Source: Beijerinckiaceae bacterium
GTDB lineage: Bacteria > Pseudomonadota > Alphaproteobacteria > Rhizobiales > Beijerinckiaceae
Direction: 5' to 3'
NCBI GenBank assembly: GCA_035949255.1
Contig: DASZIL010000151.1
Coordinates: 9,218 to 73,217 of the forward strand
Length of the DNA: 64,000 bases
The position numbers and the translations under genes were made by a program. Below, piece after piece: positions 11,032 to 21,247 of the stretch. The stretch's first letter is position 1. Each line of letters begins with the position of its first letter. Below the pieces are notes generated by a model. The model saw nothing but the letters and a program-made list of their open reading frames with translations. It was not told the origin of the DNA and ran no database searches.

Positions 11032-11266
11032 TCGTTTCCCTCCTGCCGCTTCTCGCGTCAGGTAGAATGAATTTTCAGCCTTGCATCAAGCGGGTGGTTG
11101 GATGGTAGGAAGGCGGTCATCGAAGCGTCAAGGCGCTGCGCGCATCGCGAGACGAGCCGGGGATGACAGTCAAGGAACGACCGGTATTGAATCCAATTCG
11201 CCCGCTTGACGGCGCGCACCGACGCGCCATAGTCCAATTCCTCGCGGAGAAAACGCGGTTGCCGAC

Positions 11267-11878
11267 ATGAAAGTTAAGGTTTTGTTGATTGCGCTGGCCG
11301 TAGCCGCGGTGAGCGGCTGCGTGCCGGTCCTCCAATCGGGCCTGCCCGACCCGAAGCTCACCGAGCGCGACAAGCTGATGATGGCGCGTGCCGAACCCGA
11401 CGAATGGAGCATCCCCGATGTCCGCAGCAAGGTCCGGTATTCGACACATGAGATGCCGGGCACGATCGTCGTCGATACCGGCAGCCGACATCTATATTAC
11501 GTTCTGCCCCGCGGCGAAGCGATCGAATATCGGATTGCGACCGGCGCCGAGGCTTATGGCTGGACCGGCCGGGCCGTGGTTGGTCAGATGAAGGAATGGC
11601 CGACCTGGATGCCGACCGCATCGATTATGGAGCGTTGGCCACAGTTCAAAGTCTATCTTAAGCACGGCCCGCTGGAGGGCCGGTGGGACAATCCGCTCGG
11701 CGCCCGCGCGCTCTATCTCTTTCAGGGCGATCATGACACGCTCTATCGCATCCACGGCACCAACGAGCCCGCCGAGATCGGCCAAGCCGTGTCATCCGGT
11801 TGCATCCGCATGCGCAACTTCGATGCGATCGACCTCTATCAGCGGGTGCATATCGGCACTCCGGTCGTGGTGATCTAG
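11267..11878 (+). CDS. L,D-transpeptidase (YkuD family) lipoprotein
   Basis: Lipobox VSGC; NPLGARALYL, YRIHGTNEP and VSSGCIRM catalytic motif. Confidence 0.92.
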   Translation: MKVKVLLIALAVAAVSGCVPVLQSGLPDPKLTERDKLMMARAEPDEWSIPDVRSKVRYSTHEMPGTIVVDTGSRHLYYVLPRGEAIEYRIATGAEAYGWTGRAVVGQMKEWPTWMPTASIMERWPQFKVYLKHGPLEGRWDNPLGARALYLFQGDHDTLYRIHGTNEPAEIGQAVSSGCIRMRNFDAIDLYQRVHIGTPVVVI

Positions 11879-12085
11879 ACTAATCGCGTAGATCTCGCGA
11901 CCTTACACCTGACCCGGATCTCGATGGAAGAGTGGTCGGCGGAACCGCGTATTTCGGCTCCAAGATTTCCTTGGTCGGACGACCGCTTCGCCGCGCAGCG
12001 TGAGACTCGCCGAAACCCGTTCTCCTTCATAAGATTACGATCGGCGTGTAGTTTGTCATTGGGTGCCGCCTGGAGGGCTTATCGA

Positions 12086-12565
12086 ATGCTTGGCCGCCTC
12101 ATCCTTTCGCTCGTAGGTGTTGCTCTTTCAATTTTGATTGGCTCAGCCGCTCAGGCCGCTCTTTTGATCGAAATAGACAAGTCAACGCAGCAGATGACCG
12201 TCACGCTCAATGACGAGCGGCTTTACACCTGGCCTGTGTCGACCGGAACCGAAGAGTATGACACACCAACCGGCAGCTTCGCGCCATTCCGTATGGAAAT
12301 CGACCATCGCAGCGACGAATGGGACAATGCGCCAATGCCCTATTCGATCTTCTTCACGGATACCGGGGTCGCCGTGCATGGCACCTACGAGCGACGGTCC
12401 CTAGGGCGTGCCGTATCACATGGCTGCGTGCGGTTGTCGGTCAAAAATGCTGCCACGCTGTGGAAGCTCGTCAAACAGGAGAAAATGGCGAATACCTCGA
12501 TCATGGTGAGCGGAGACGTTTCAGATGAGGGTCCGTCCAGGGAAACGCGTTCTCCTCTTTACTGA
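12086..12565 (+). CDS. L,D-transpeptidase (YkuD family), second copy
   Basis: Signal peptide MLGRLILS...AQAA; WPVSTG, MPYSIFF, AVHGT and SHGCVRL. Start set to the ATG at 12086. Confidence 0.88.
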   Translation: MLGRLILSLVGVALSILIGSAAQAALLIEIDKSTQQMTVTLNDERLYTWPVSTGTEEYDTPTGSFAPFRMEIDHRSDEWDNAPMPYSIFFTDTGVAVHGTYERRSLGRAVSHGCVRLSVKNAATLWKLVKQEKMANTSIMVSGDVSDEGPSRETRSPLY

Positions 12566-12855
12566 AACGCGCGCGCCGCCAGCCGCTCAAGCAAGAGCCC
12601 GACCTTCTCCTCGCTACCGCTTACATGCCCTAAGTTAGGAGCATCCGCGTCGAACCCTTCAACCGTCCATTTTGGCATAAGCCAAATCCTCTCTTCGCCA
12701 AGCTACCATGCGAAAAATGGGGGTGGCGAGCACGTTACGATGTGGCATCGAGATCTCGCAAGACATTGCGATGCTGTCTTATTGACGAGACGTGAGACCC
12801 TAATGAGATCAAAACAGATGGCAGTGTACAAGAACTGGCCCCATTGGTGGCTATC

Positions 12856-13932
12856 ATGAAGAGCTATCGCATCGCCGCGATCGGTGGTGACGGCATTGGT
12901 CCCGAGGTCATCGCGGCGGGCCTCGAAGCCCTCGAGGTTTGCGCCAAGCGCGATGGGGGGTTTCGTTTCGACGTCAAGAACTTCGACTGGGGCTCCGACC
13001 GTTACAAGCGCCATGGCTTGCTGATGCCGGCAGGTGGGGTCGATGAGCTTCGCGTCTTCGATGCCATCTATTTCGGCGCGGTCGGCGCGCCGGACGTGCC
13101 GGATCACGTCACGCTCTGGGGCTTGCGGCTCGCCATCTGTCAGGGCCTCGACCAATACGCCAATGTGCGCCCGACACGTATCCTTCCCGGCATCACCGGG
13201 CCGCTACGAAATGTTTCGGCAAAAGACCTTGATTGGGTCATCGTGCGCGAGAATTCCGAGGGGGAATATGCGGGCCAGGGTGGCCGTTCGCATAAGGGCT
13301 TGCCCGAGGAAGTCGCGACGGAGGTCGCGATCTTCACCCGCGCGGGCGTCGCACGCATCATGCGCTTTGCCTTCGCGCTCGCGAGCTCACGCCCGCGAAA
13401 GCATCTCACCGTGGTAACGAAATCGAATGCCCAACGCCATGGGATGGTGCTTTGGGACGAGATCGCGGCCGAGGTCGCGGCGGATTTCCCCGATGTCGCC
13501 ATGGACAAGATGCTCGTCGACGCGATGACGATGCGCATGGTGCTGAAGCCGGAAACGCTCGACACCATCGTCGCCACCAATCTGCACGCCGATATCCTCT
13601 CAGATCTCGCGGCGGCACTCGCGGGATCGCTTGGCATCGCGCCGACCGCAAACCTCAACCCGGAGCGCAAATTCCCGTCGATGTTCGAGCCGATCCATGG
13701 CTCGGCCTTCGATATCGTCGGCAAGGGCATCGCCAACCCTATCGGCACCTTCTGGACCGGCGTGATGATGCTCGACCATCTCGGCGAGCCGCGCGCGGCC
13801 GAAAGGCTGATGCGCGCCATCGAGCGCGTGACGGCAGACCCCGCCACGCACACGCCCGACCTCGGCGGCAAGGCGACGACGCGTAAGGTCACCGATGCCG
13901 TCATCGCCGCGCTCATGGGCGACAATCTCTAG
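12856..13932 (+). CDS. ttuC: Tartrate dehydrogenase/D-malate dehydrogenase (decarboxylating)
   Basis: GDGIGPEV, PDHVTLWGL, VRENSEGEY, TKSNAQRHGM, NLHADILSDL and MFEPIHGSAFDI. Confidence 0.9.
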   Translation: MKSYRIAAIGGDGIGPEVIAAGLEALEVCAKRDGGFRFDVKNFDWGSDRYKRHGLLMPAGGVDELRVFDAIYFGAVGAPDVPDHVTLWGLRLAICQGLDQYANVRPTRILPGITGPLRNVSAKDLDWVIVRENSEGEYAGQGGRSHKGLPEEVATEVAIFTRAGVARIMRFAFALASSRPRKHLTVVTKSNAQRHGMVLWDEIAAEVAADFPDVAMDKMLVDAMTMRMVLKPETLDTIVATNLHADILSDLAAALAGSLGIAPTANLNPERKFPSMFEPIHGSAFDIVGKGIANPIGTFWTGVMMLDHLGEPRAAERLMRAIERVTADPATHTPDLGGKATTRKVTDAVIAALMGDNL

Positions 13933-14072
13933 CATCGCCGCTCCACTCTCGCGGCGCCCGCCCGCAAGACGGGTGGACGCGCGGAGGAGGTGGCGGCATG
14001 ATCCGCCAGACGCGACTAGGGCTGGCCGTGCCCGATCCCGTGCCGCCCAGGGAGGAAGGCCCGTATGGAGCC

Positions 14073-15197
14073 ATGAATCGTGCGACGAATCCCGCAGCGC
14101 CCGCGGCAGCGCGCGTGAGCCGTTCGGGAAATACCGGGCGCGGCTTCAACGAGCTTCGCCTCGAGGGCGTGCGGCGCGACTTCGGCACGGTCAACGCGCT
14201 TCGTGACCTCACCCTGACCATCTCTCGCGGCCAGTTCGTCGCCCTTCTCGGCCCCTCCGGTTGCGGAAAGTCGACCGCGCTCAACTGCATCGCCGGCCTT
14301 CTTCCCGTCACGGGCGGGAGCATCTTCCTCGACGACAAGCGCATCGACACGATGCGCGCCGAGGAACGAGGCTTCGGCATGGTGTTCCAGAACTACGCAC
14401 TTTTCCCCCATATGACGGTGCGCAAGAACATCGCGTTCGGCCTTCGTATGCGCAGTGTGCCCTCCGCCGAGGTCGAGCGTCGGGTCGAGGACGCGCTGCG
14501 GCTCGTGCGGCTCGCCGAGCATGCCGAGAAGCTTCCGGGGCAATTGTCCGGCGGCCAGCAACAGCGCGTCGCGATCGCGCGAGCCATCGTCATCGAGCCG
14601 CCGCTCGTCCTGATGGACGAGCCGCTCTCCAATCTCGATGCCAAGCTCAGGCTCGAGATGCGCCAGGAGATCCGCCGCATCCACACCCAGCTCGGCTCGA
14701 CGACCATCTATGTCACGCATGACCAGGAAGAGGCGCTGTCGCTTGCCGACCGCATCGTCGTCCTGCGCGACGGCGTGATCCGCCAGGTTGGGACGCCGGC
14801 CGAGCTTTACGGCGCGCCGGCGCATCTCGATGTCGCCGATTTCATGGGCTATCGCAACCGGATCGAGGGAAAGCTTGTGCGCGACGAGGCCGGCCTCGCA
14901 CGCGTCGACATTGATGGCGCCGCGATCCAAGGCTCGTTGCGCGGTGAGCCGAAGGGCGAGCGCGTCGTCGCCGCCATCCGGCCTGACGATCTCGTGCCGC
15001 TACGAGCGGGGCAAAGCGGCATCGCGGCGGTGGTCGAAGCCATCGAATATCGAGGGCGCGAATTCCATGGGCTTGCGCGCACGGCGGCCGGTGCCGAGTT
15101 GCATTTCTCCTCGCCCACGGCGATCGCGCTCGGCGCGACCGTGTCGCTTGCCGCCGATCCCGGGCAGGTGCTGATCTTCGACGCGGAGGACGCGTGA
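14073..15197 (+). CDS. ABC transporter ATP-binding protein (PotA/MalK class, TOBE domain)
   Basis: GPSGCGKST, LSGGQQQRVA, LMDEPLSNLD and YVTHDQEEA. Start set to the ATG after GGAG. Confidence 0.92.
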   Translation: MNRATNPAAPAAARVSRSGNTGRGFNELRLEGVRRDFGTVNALRDLTLTISRGQFVALLGPSGCGKSTALNCIAGLLPVTGGSIFLDDKRIDTMRAEERGFGMVFQNYALFPHMTVRKNIAFGLRMRSVPSAEVERRVEDALRLVRLAEHAEKLPGQLSGGQQQRVAIARAIVIEPPLVLMDEPLSNLDAKLRLEMRQEIRRIHTQLGSTTIYVTHDQEEALSLADRIVVLRDGVIRQVGTPAELYGAPAHLDVADFMGYRNRIEGKLVRDEAGLARVDIDGAAIQGSLRGEPKGERVVAAIRPDDLVPLRAGQSGIAAVVEAIEYRGREFHGLARTAAGAELHFSSPTAIALGATVSLAADPGQVLIFDAEDA

Positions 15198-16105
15198 GCG
15201 CCCTCGCATCCGCCGCGCCGGTCCGGCAACCCAGGCCTTCGCTGCGGCTGCGACTCGCGGCATCCGGCATCGATGGGGTGACGCTCCTTCTTCTCCCTGC
15301 CGCCCTGTTCCTGATCGCGCTCTTCATCTACCCTTTCATCTACGGCTTCGTCCTTTCCTTCGAGCCGAAGCAAGGGGGGATGTTCGCCAATTACCAGCGC
15401 TTCTTCTCCGACCCGTTTTTCGCAAACACGGTCGGCACGACGATGAAGATCGCGCTCCCAGTGACGCTCCTCAATCTCGCGCTCGCGCTCCCGATCGCCT
15501 TTCGGGTGCGGCTCCTTCGCCGCCAGCGGCTGTTGACGACCTTCCTCGTGCTGCCGATCACGCTCGGCACGGTGCTCGTCGCCGAAGGCATGCTGTTCTA
15601 TTTCGGGCCGCAAGGCTGGTTCAACCGGACCTTGATGACGCTCGGCCTCCTCTCGCAGCCGGTGAGGCTCGTGCACAACTATTGGGGCGTGCTGATCTCC
15701 CTCGTGATCACGGGCTTCCCCTTCACCTTCCTTCTCACCCTCTCCTACATCACCGGCATCGATCCTTCGCTCGAGCAGGCGGCGGCGACGCTCGGCGCCA
15801 GGGCCGCCGCGCGCTTCCGCCATATCTTCTGGCCCTTGCTGCTCCCTGGCCTCGCGATCACCTTCTGCCTCTCCTTCGTGCAGGCTTATTCGGTCTTTCC
15901 CTCGGCTGTGCTCGTCGGTGAGCCCGCCGCGGCCACACGGGTGATCTCGATCGCGGCCTATCAATCGGCCTTCGAGGATTATGATTATTCGATGGCTTCG
16001 GCCATCGCCATGATCATGGCAGCGACGCAGCTCGTCGTGGTGCTCATCGTCTTTGCCGGGCGCGCGCTTGTCTATCGCGGCCCTGTCGCTTCCGGCAAAG
16101 GGTGA
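15194..16105 (+). CDS. ABC transporter permease (PotB-like)
   Basis: TM helices, EAA loop LEQAAATLGA; GTGA overlap with the ATPase gene. Confidence 0.9.
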   Translation: MSALASAAPVRQPRPSLRLRLAASGIDGVTLLLLPAALFLIALFIYPFIYGFVLSFEPKQGGMFANYQRFFSDPFFANTVGTTMKIALPVTLLNLALALPIAFRVRLLRRQRLLTTFLVLPITLGTVLVAEGMLFYFGPQGWFNRTLMTLGLLSQPVRLVHNYWGVLISLVITGFPFTFLLTLSYITGIDPSLEQAAATLGARAAARFRHIFWPLLLPGLAITFCLSFVQAYSVFPSAVLVGEPAAATRVISIAAYQSAFEDYDYSMASAIAMIMAATQLVVVLIVFAGRALVYRGPVASGKG

Positions 16106-16126
16106 GCGAGATGAGAAGCGCCTGAC

Positions 16127-16957
16127 ATGAACCGCTCGCTCACCGAACGGCTCTGGGCGACGGCGCTCTGGCTCCTCGTCGCTTTCTTCATCCTCAACCT
16201 CATCGCACTCATCGCAACCGTCATCACCTCGTCCTTCGCGACGAGGTGGCTCGGGACCTGGTTTCCCGCGGATTTCACGACGCGCTGGTATTTTTCCGCC
16301 TGGGACGAGTTCCAGCTCGGCGACGTCCTCACCGTGACCTTCGAGGTGGTGCTCGCGGTCGTGGCGCTCGCAGGCCTCCTCGGCGTGCCGGCCGCCTATG
16401 CGCTGGCGAGGCGGGATTTTCCGGGCAAGAAGCTCGTGATGCTGCTCTTCCTCTTGCCTCTTCTCGTGCCGCCGATCACCTACGGCATCCCGATGGCGAC
16501 CGTGCTCTACAGGACCGGGCTCGGCGGCACCATGGCTGGTGTCATTCTCGCCAATCTCGTGCCGACGGTTCCCTTCGTCATCCTCGTCATGATCCCCTTC
16601 ATCGAGCAGATTGATCCGCGCATCGAGGCGGCCGCGCGGGTCTTCGGCGCCGGCACCTTGCGCCTCTTCATCCATGTGCTCTTGCCGATCCTGATGCCTG
16701 GCGTGCTCGCAGCCCTCCTCCTCGTCCTGGTGCGCACCATCGGCATGTTCGAGCTGACGTTTCTCACGGCCGGCCCGACGAGCCAGACCCTCGTCGTCGC
16801 CCTTTATTATGCGGTGTTCGCCGCCGGCGTGCGCGCCGTGCAATCGATCGACGCCATGGCGGTGATCTACATGGCGACGACGCTCGTATGGCTCCTCATC
16901 GCGCTTCGCTTCGTCAACCCGACGCAGATCGTGGCGCGGGCGAAGCAGACGCGCTGA
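16127..16957 (+). CDS. ABC transporter permease (PotC-like)
   Basis: TM helices, EAA loop IEAAARVFGA. Confidence 0.9.
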   Translation: MNRSLTERLWATALWLLVAFFILNLIALIATVITSSFATRWLGTWFPADFTTRWYFSAWDEFQLGDVLTVTFEVVLAVVALAGLLGVPAAYALARRDFPGKKLVMLLFLLPLLVPPITYGIPMATVLYRTGLGGTMAGVILANLVPTVPFVILVMIPFIEQIDPRIEAAARVFGAGTLRLFIHVLLPILMPGVLAALLLVLVRTIGMFELTFLTAGPTSQTLVVALYYAVFAAGVRAVQSIDAMAVIYMATTLVWLLIALRFVNPTQIVARAKQTR

Positions 16958-17585
16958 GCTTGCGCCGGCGCAGCGCACGGGCAGCCCCGACGCACAGGTA
17001 GCCCGCCGCAAGGAAGGCCACGAGCAAGAAGATGCCGTTTACCGCAAGACGCGAATAGCCGAGCGCCGCGGCATCGAGAAACGAATAAGGATAGCTCCCG
17101 ATGAGCACGCCGCGCATGAGGACGTAGAGAAAATAGGCGACCGGAAAGCTGAGCCAATAGACCGGATCGATCCAGCGCAAATCGCCTTTCGGCACGAAGG
17201 CGATCCAATAGAGAAGGTAGAGCGGCGGCAGGACGTCGTGCAACAACTTGTCCGCGATGCCCGAAGGCATCCAATAGGGACGCAAGATGGTCGAGTAGAT
17301 GATGCCGACCATGGCGATATAGACGAGGACGGCCGAGCGCGTTCCCGACCGGGCCAGGAAACCGCGCGAGGCTGGGCGAAGACAGGCGATGGTGAGCACG
17401 AGCGCGACGAGGATATTGGTCAATACGGTGAAGAAGCCGAAATAGACGATGAACCCATGCGCCACGGAAAAGCCGCGAGCGAGCGAAAAACCCATCGCAA
17501 GGCGAAGCTGCAGACCGAGCGCCAGCCATCCGAGCGCGGCTCCGGCACCCGCAAGAACCCGCTCCGCCGCCGAAGCCTTGCCCAT
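16914..17585 (-). CDS. Integral membrane protein, Pr6Pr/FAR-17a-AIG1-like family
   Basis: YFGFFTVLTNILV, LLHDVLP, WLSFPVAYFLY and YPYSFLD motifs; 44-nt tail overlap with the convergent permease. Confidence 0.7.
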   Translation of the reverse strand: MGKASAAERVLAGAGAALGWLALGLQLRLAMGFSLARGFSVAHGFIVYFGFFTVLTNILVALVLTIACLRPASRGFLARSGTRSAVLVYIAMVGIIYSTILRPYWMPSGIADKLLHDVLPPLYLLYWIAFVPKGDLRWIDPVYWLSFPVAYFLYVLMRGVLIGSYPYSFLDAAALGYSRLAVNGIFLLVAFLAAGYLCVGAARALRRRKLSASASPAPRSASG

Positions 17586-17681
17586 GATCAGATCACCTTT
17601 CTCGATGTTACGCGGAAGGCTATCGGCGCCCATCGGAAGACTTGAATGGATAAGCGACGAGCGTGACGCTTTTTCGACCCT

Positions 17682-18632
17682 TCATGGGTCATGTGAGGTG
17701 CGGGCGAGCAAATCCTCGACTTCCTCTCGCCTTGGCGCGGACGCGGCGGAGCCTGGTTTCGTCACGCAAAGCGCGCCGCAAGCCGAAGCGAAGCGCGCGG
17801 CCTCCATGAGGTCCTTGCCTTCGCCGAGCGCGACCGCGAGCCCGGCGTTGAAACAGTCCCCTGCGGCGACCGTGCTGACGGGGGTGACCGCCAAGGGAGG
17901 GACGAAGCCCCCCGCTTCGCCGTTCTCCCCGGCTTTCGAGCGCGACACGAAGGCGCCGCGCGCACCCAAGGTCACGATCGCCGCGCGCACTCCCCTCGCG
18001 ACGAGCTCGCGCGCGGCGCGACCTGCCTCCTCAACCGTGCCCGGCCGAAAGCCGAGAAGCGCCTCCGCTTCGGTTTCATTCGGCGTGATGACATCGATGA
18101 GCGGGTAAAGCGCGTCCGGCAAAGGCCCCGACGGAGCCGGCGCCGGATCGAGGACCACGATCACGCCGCGCTCTCGTGCCGCGCGCGCCGCCTCGAGGCA
18201 GGCCGCGACCGGTATCTCGAGCTGGAGCATCAGGACCTTGGCGCGCTCGAGCGCCCGCAGCCCCTCGCGCAGCTCCTGTGCGCCAAGGCGCATATTGGCG
18301 CCCGGGATGACCGTAATGGCGTTTCGCCCCTGCGCATCGACGCCGATGATGGCAAGCCCGGTCGCGTGCTCCGCGTCTCTTGTGGAGTGGCGTGTGGAGA
18401 CGCCGAATTCGGCGAGGCGCCGCAAGGCGCGCTCACCGAAGGCGTCGTCGCCAATCCGCCCCACGAATTCCACCTTGGCGCCCAGACGGGACGCGGCCGC
18501 GGCCTGATTCGCTCCCTTGCCGCCGAGCTCCATCGCATAGCTCTCGCCCATCACGGTTTCACCGATGCGCGGCAGCGCCTCGCCATAGCTCGTGATGTCC
18601 GTATTGATGCTGCCAACCACCAGCACGCTCAT
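17682..18632 (-). CDS. rbsK: Ribokinase (PfkB family)
   Basis: VVGSINTD, GGKGANQA, QLEIP, PNETEA and STVAAGDCFN. Confidence 0.88.
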   Translation of the reverse strand: MSVLVVGSINTDITSYGEALPRIGETVMGESYAMELGGKGANQAAAASRLGAKVEFVGRIGDDAFGERALRRLAEFGVSTRHSTRDAEHATGLAIIGVDAQGRNAITVIPGANMRLGAQELREGLRALERAKVLMLQLEIPVAACLEAARAARERGVIVVLDPAPAPSGPLPDALYPLIDVITPNETEAEALLGFRPGTVEEAGRAARELVARGVRAAIVTLGARGAFVSRSKAGENGEAGGFVPPLAVTPVSTVAAGDCFNAGLAVALGEGKDLMEAARFASACGALCVTKPGSAASAPRREEVEDLLARTSHDP

Positions 18633-18884
18633 TTAAGGGCTCCGGGATCTCATGGGGCCTATTTTTGCGCCCCTCGGACGCGATCAAATTACCGTGTGTT
18701 CCGGCAGGATAGGCGCGATCTTATTCCAAAGGACGAGGAATCTTGACGAAATTCGATCTTGCCGTCCGGGTTGAACGCACTACAGTCTCGGCTGAGAAGG
18801 CGCTCGCAGCCTAAGCGAATGCCCCGAGCCTTTCGCTCGCGGACATTCTCTTGGCGGCATCGAAAATAATTCCGGGAGGAAGCG

Positions 18885-20147
18885 ATGAAGCATACCGATT
18901 GGCGCGTCTTTCGCGCACACCTGATGAAAGCCACGCTCTTTTTGGGCGCGGCTGTTCTCGCCTCTGCGGTCGGTTCGGCCGCGCAGGCGCAAAGCAAGGA
19001 CCCGATCCGCATCGGCGTGATCTCGGAGGCGCAATCGGTCGCGGGCTCGTCGATTCCGCTCGGCGCGCAGCTCGCCGCCGACGAGATCAACGCGGCCGGC
19101 GGCGTCGACGGACGCAAGATCGAGATCGTCTCTTACGACAACCATTCTTCCTCGGCCGAATCGGTGCGCGCCTTCCAGCGCGCCGTGAACGAGGATCACG
19201 TGAACGCGGTGATCGCGAGCTACATCAGCGAGGTCGTGCTGGCGCTCGAGCCGTGGGCGGCACGCCTGAAGACCGTGATGATCACGCCCGGTGCGGCTTC
19301 CGACGTCATCACCCAGAATATCGCGAAGGATTACGAGCACAATAAATACACCTTCCACGGCTACCTCACCTCGACCGCCATCGCCCAATCTGTGTGCGAC
19401 GCCGCCAAGGATCTTCTCGTCAAGGATCTGAAGATGAAAACGGCGGTGATCATGAGCGAGGACGCGGCGTGGACGACGCCGCTCGACGTGAGCTACGAAA
19501 AATGCCTCCCCGAGATCGGGATGAAAGTGCTCGATCACATCCGCTTTTCTCCTGACACGACCGATTTCACCCCGATCTTCAACAAGATCGAGGGGGAGAA
19601 GCCCGATGTCATGATCACGGGCATCTCGCATGTCGGCACCCAGCCGACGGTGCAATGGAAGAGCCAGCAGGTGCCGATCGCGATGCTCGGCGTCTCTTCG
19701 CAAGCGACGAACTCGACCTTCTGGAAGGACACGAACGGCGCGACCGAAGGCGTGCTCTTCAACGCGGTCTCCGGCCCCGATGTCGCGGTGACGCCCAAGA
19801 CCTTGCCTTTCGTGAGCGCCTTCCAGAAGCGCTTCGGCAATTTCCCGTCCTATTGCGGCTACACCGCCTATGACGAGGTCTATTATCTCGCCGACGCCAT
19901 TCATCGGGCCGGCACGACGGATTCCGACAAGCTCGTCGACGCCTTGGAGAAGACGGATTGGGTCGGCACCATCGGGCGCATCCAGTTCCTCGGGAAGGAC
20001 ACCCCCTACCCCCACGCGCTGAAGGTGGGCGAGGGCACGATCACCGGATTGATGCTGCAATGGCAGGACGGCAAGCAGGTCAATCTGTGGCCGCGTGAGG
20101 TTGCGAACGGGAAGTTGAAGTTCCCGCCCTTCATCAAGACCAACTGA
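18885..20147 (+). CDS. LivK-like (branched-chain amino acid class) ABC substrate-binding protein
   Basis: Signal peptide, AADEINAAGGVDGRKIEIV and type I periplasmic-binding fold features. Confidence 0.88.
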   Translation: MKHTDWRVFRAHLMKATLFLGAAVLASAVGSAAQAQSKDPIRIGVISEAQSVAGSSIPLGAQLAADEINAAGGVDGRKIEIVSYDNHSSSAESVRAFQRAVNEDHVNAVIASYISEVVLALEPWAARLKTVMITPGAASDVITQNIAKDYEHNKYTFHGYLTSTAIAQSVCDAAKDLLVKDLKMKTAVIMSEDAAWTTPLDVSYEKCLPEIGMKVLDHIRFSPDTTDFTPIFNKIEGEKPDVMITGISHVGTQPTVQWKSQQVPIAMLGVSSQATNSTFWKDTNGATEGVLFNAVSGPDVAVTPKTLPFVSAFQKRFGNFPSYCGYTAYDEVYYLADAIHRAGTTDSDKLVDALEKTDWVGTIGRIQFLGKDTPYPHALKVGEGTITGLMLQWQDGKQVNLWPREVANGKLKFPPFIKTN

Positions 20148-20161
20148 CCGACCCCATCGAG

Positions 20162-20200
20162 AAGGCCCCCGACCGACAGTTCGGGGGCCTTTCGCTTGTT
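20162..20200 (+). terminator. Stem-loop after the binding-protein gene (partial terminator or mRNA stabiliser)
   Basis: AAGGCCCCCGA/TCGGGGGCCTT perfect 11-bp stem with an 8-nt loop, followed by a T-rich tract. Confidence 0.7.
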
Positions 20201-20240
20201 TCGCCGAAACGGATTGCGAGCCACGCTCGGACCCTGATCA

Positions 20241-21116
20241 ATGCTCTTTTGGCAAATTCTCATCGACGGCTTCGCCATCAGCGCGCTTTACGCGCTCGGC
20301 GCCACCGGCTTCACCTTGATATTCGGGGTGTCGGGCGTGCTCAACCTCTCCCATGGTGCGCTCATGGTCGCGGCCGTTGTCGCCGCCTGGGTCGCTGGCG
20401 GCGACCTCGGCGTCGGCAGCTATCTCGGCGCGAGCATCGGCGTGCTCGTCGGGCTCGCCTTGACCATGCTTACCTATTTCGTGGTGGTGCGCCCGCTCCA
20501 GCAATCGCGCAAGATCCGAGAGCAGGAAAAGGAGATCTTCATTCTCACGGCGACCTTGCTCTGGGGCATCATGATCCAGGAGCTCATCGCCTATCTCTAC
20601 ACCAACAACGCCAAGACGGTGCTGCCGATCGTCGAGGGCGTGGTGATGATCGTGGGCGTGCGCACGCCGGCGAATGAAATCTTCACCGCCGTGATCTGCT
20701 GGCTGGTGATCGGGCTGTTGTGGCTCCTCGTCAATCGCACGCGGGCCGGCAAGGCGGTGCTCGCCGCGTCGATGAACGCGCGCGGCGTCACGCTGCTCGG
20801 CATCGAGCTTTCCTACGTCTATATCGCCGTGTGGGCGATCTACGGCGTGCTCGTCGGCATCGCTGGCGTGCTGCTCGGCATGTTCCTCGGCGTTTCCTCC
20901 TATAGCGTCGGGCCGCTGACGGCGAGTGCCTTTTCGATCGTCGTCCTTGGCGGCCTCGGCAGCGTCTCGGGCTCCCTTATCGCCGCCTATGTGGTCGGCT
21001 ATCTCGAGACGATGACCGCCTATCTCGTCTCGCCCGCTTATCGGACGATCCCGGCGCTTCTACTCCTCGTCTTCGTCATGTATGTGCGCCCCCGCGGCCT
21101 CCTCGGACGGCGCTAG
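20241..21116 (+). CDS. LivH-like ABC permease
   Basis: ALGATGFTLIFGVSGVLNLSHG and VVLGGLGSVSG motifs. Confidence 0.9.
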   Translation: MLFWQILIDGFAISALYALGATGFTLIFGVSGVLNLSHGALMVAAVVAAWVAGGDLGVGSYLGASIGVLVGLALTMLTYFVVVRPLQQSRKIREQEKEIFILTATLLWGIMIQELIAYLYTNNAKTVLPIVEGVVMIVGVRTPANEIFTAVICWLVIGLLWLLVNRTRAGKAVLAASMNARGVTLLGIELSYVYIAVWAIYGVLVGIAGVLLGMFLGVSSYSVGPLTASAFSIVVLGGLGSVSGSLIAAYVVGYLETMTAYLVSPAYRTIPALLLLVFVMYVRPRGLLGRR

Positions 21117-21247
21117 GCTTCATGCGCAGCCGCTTCCGCAAGGCTCAAACCAAGGCGGCGCTCTCGTGTCGAGTGTCCGCAAGCGGGCCTCGCGCTTGCC
21201 GAAGCCGTCGACTTGCGATCGGCCGATCCCTGCCCGCGACAGCGAGC

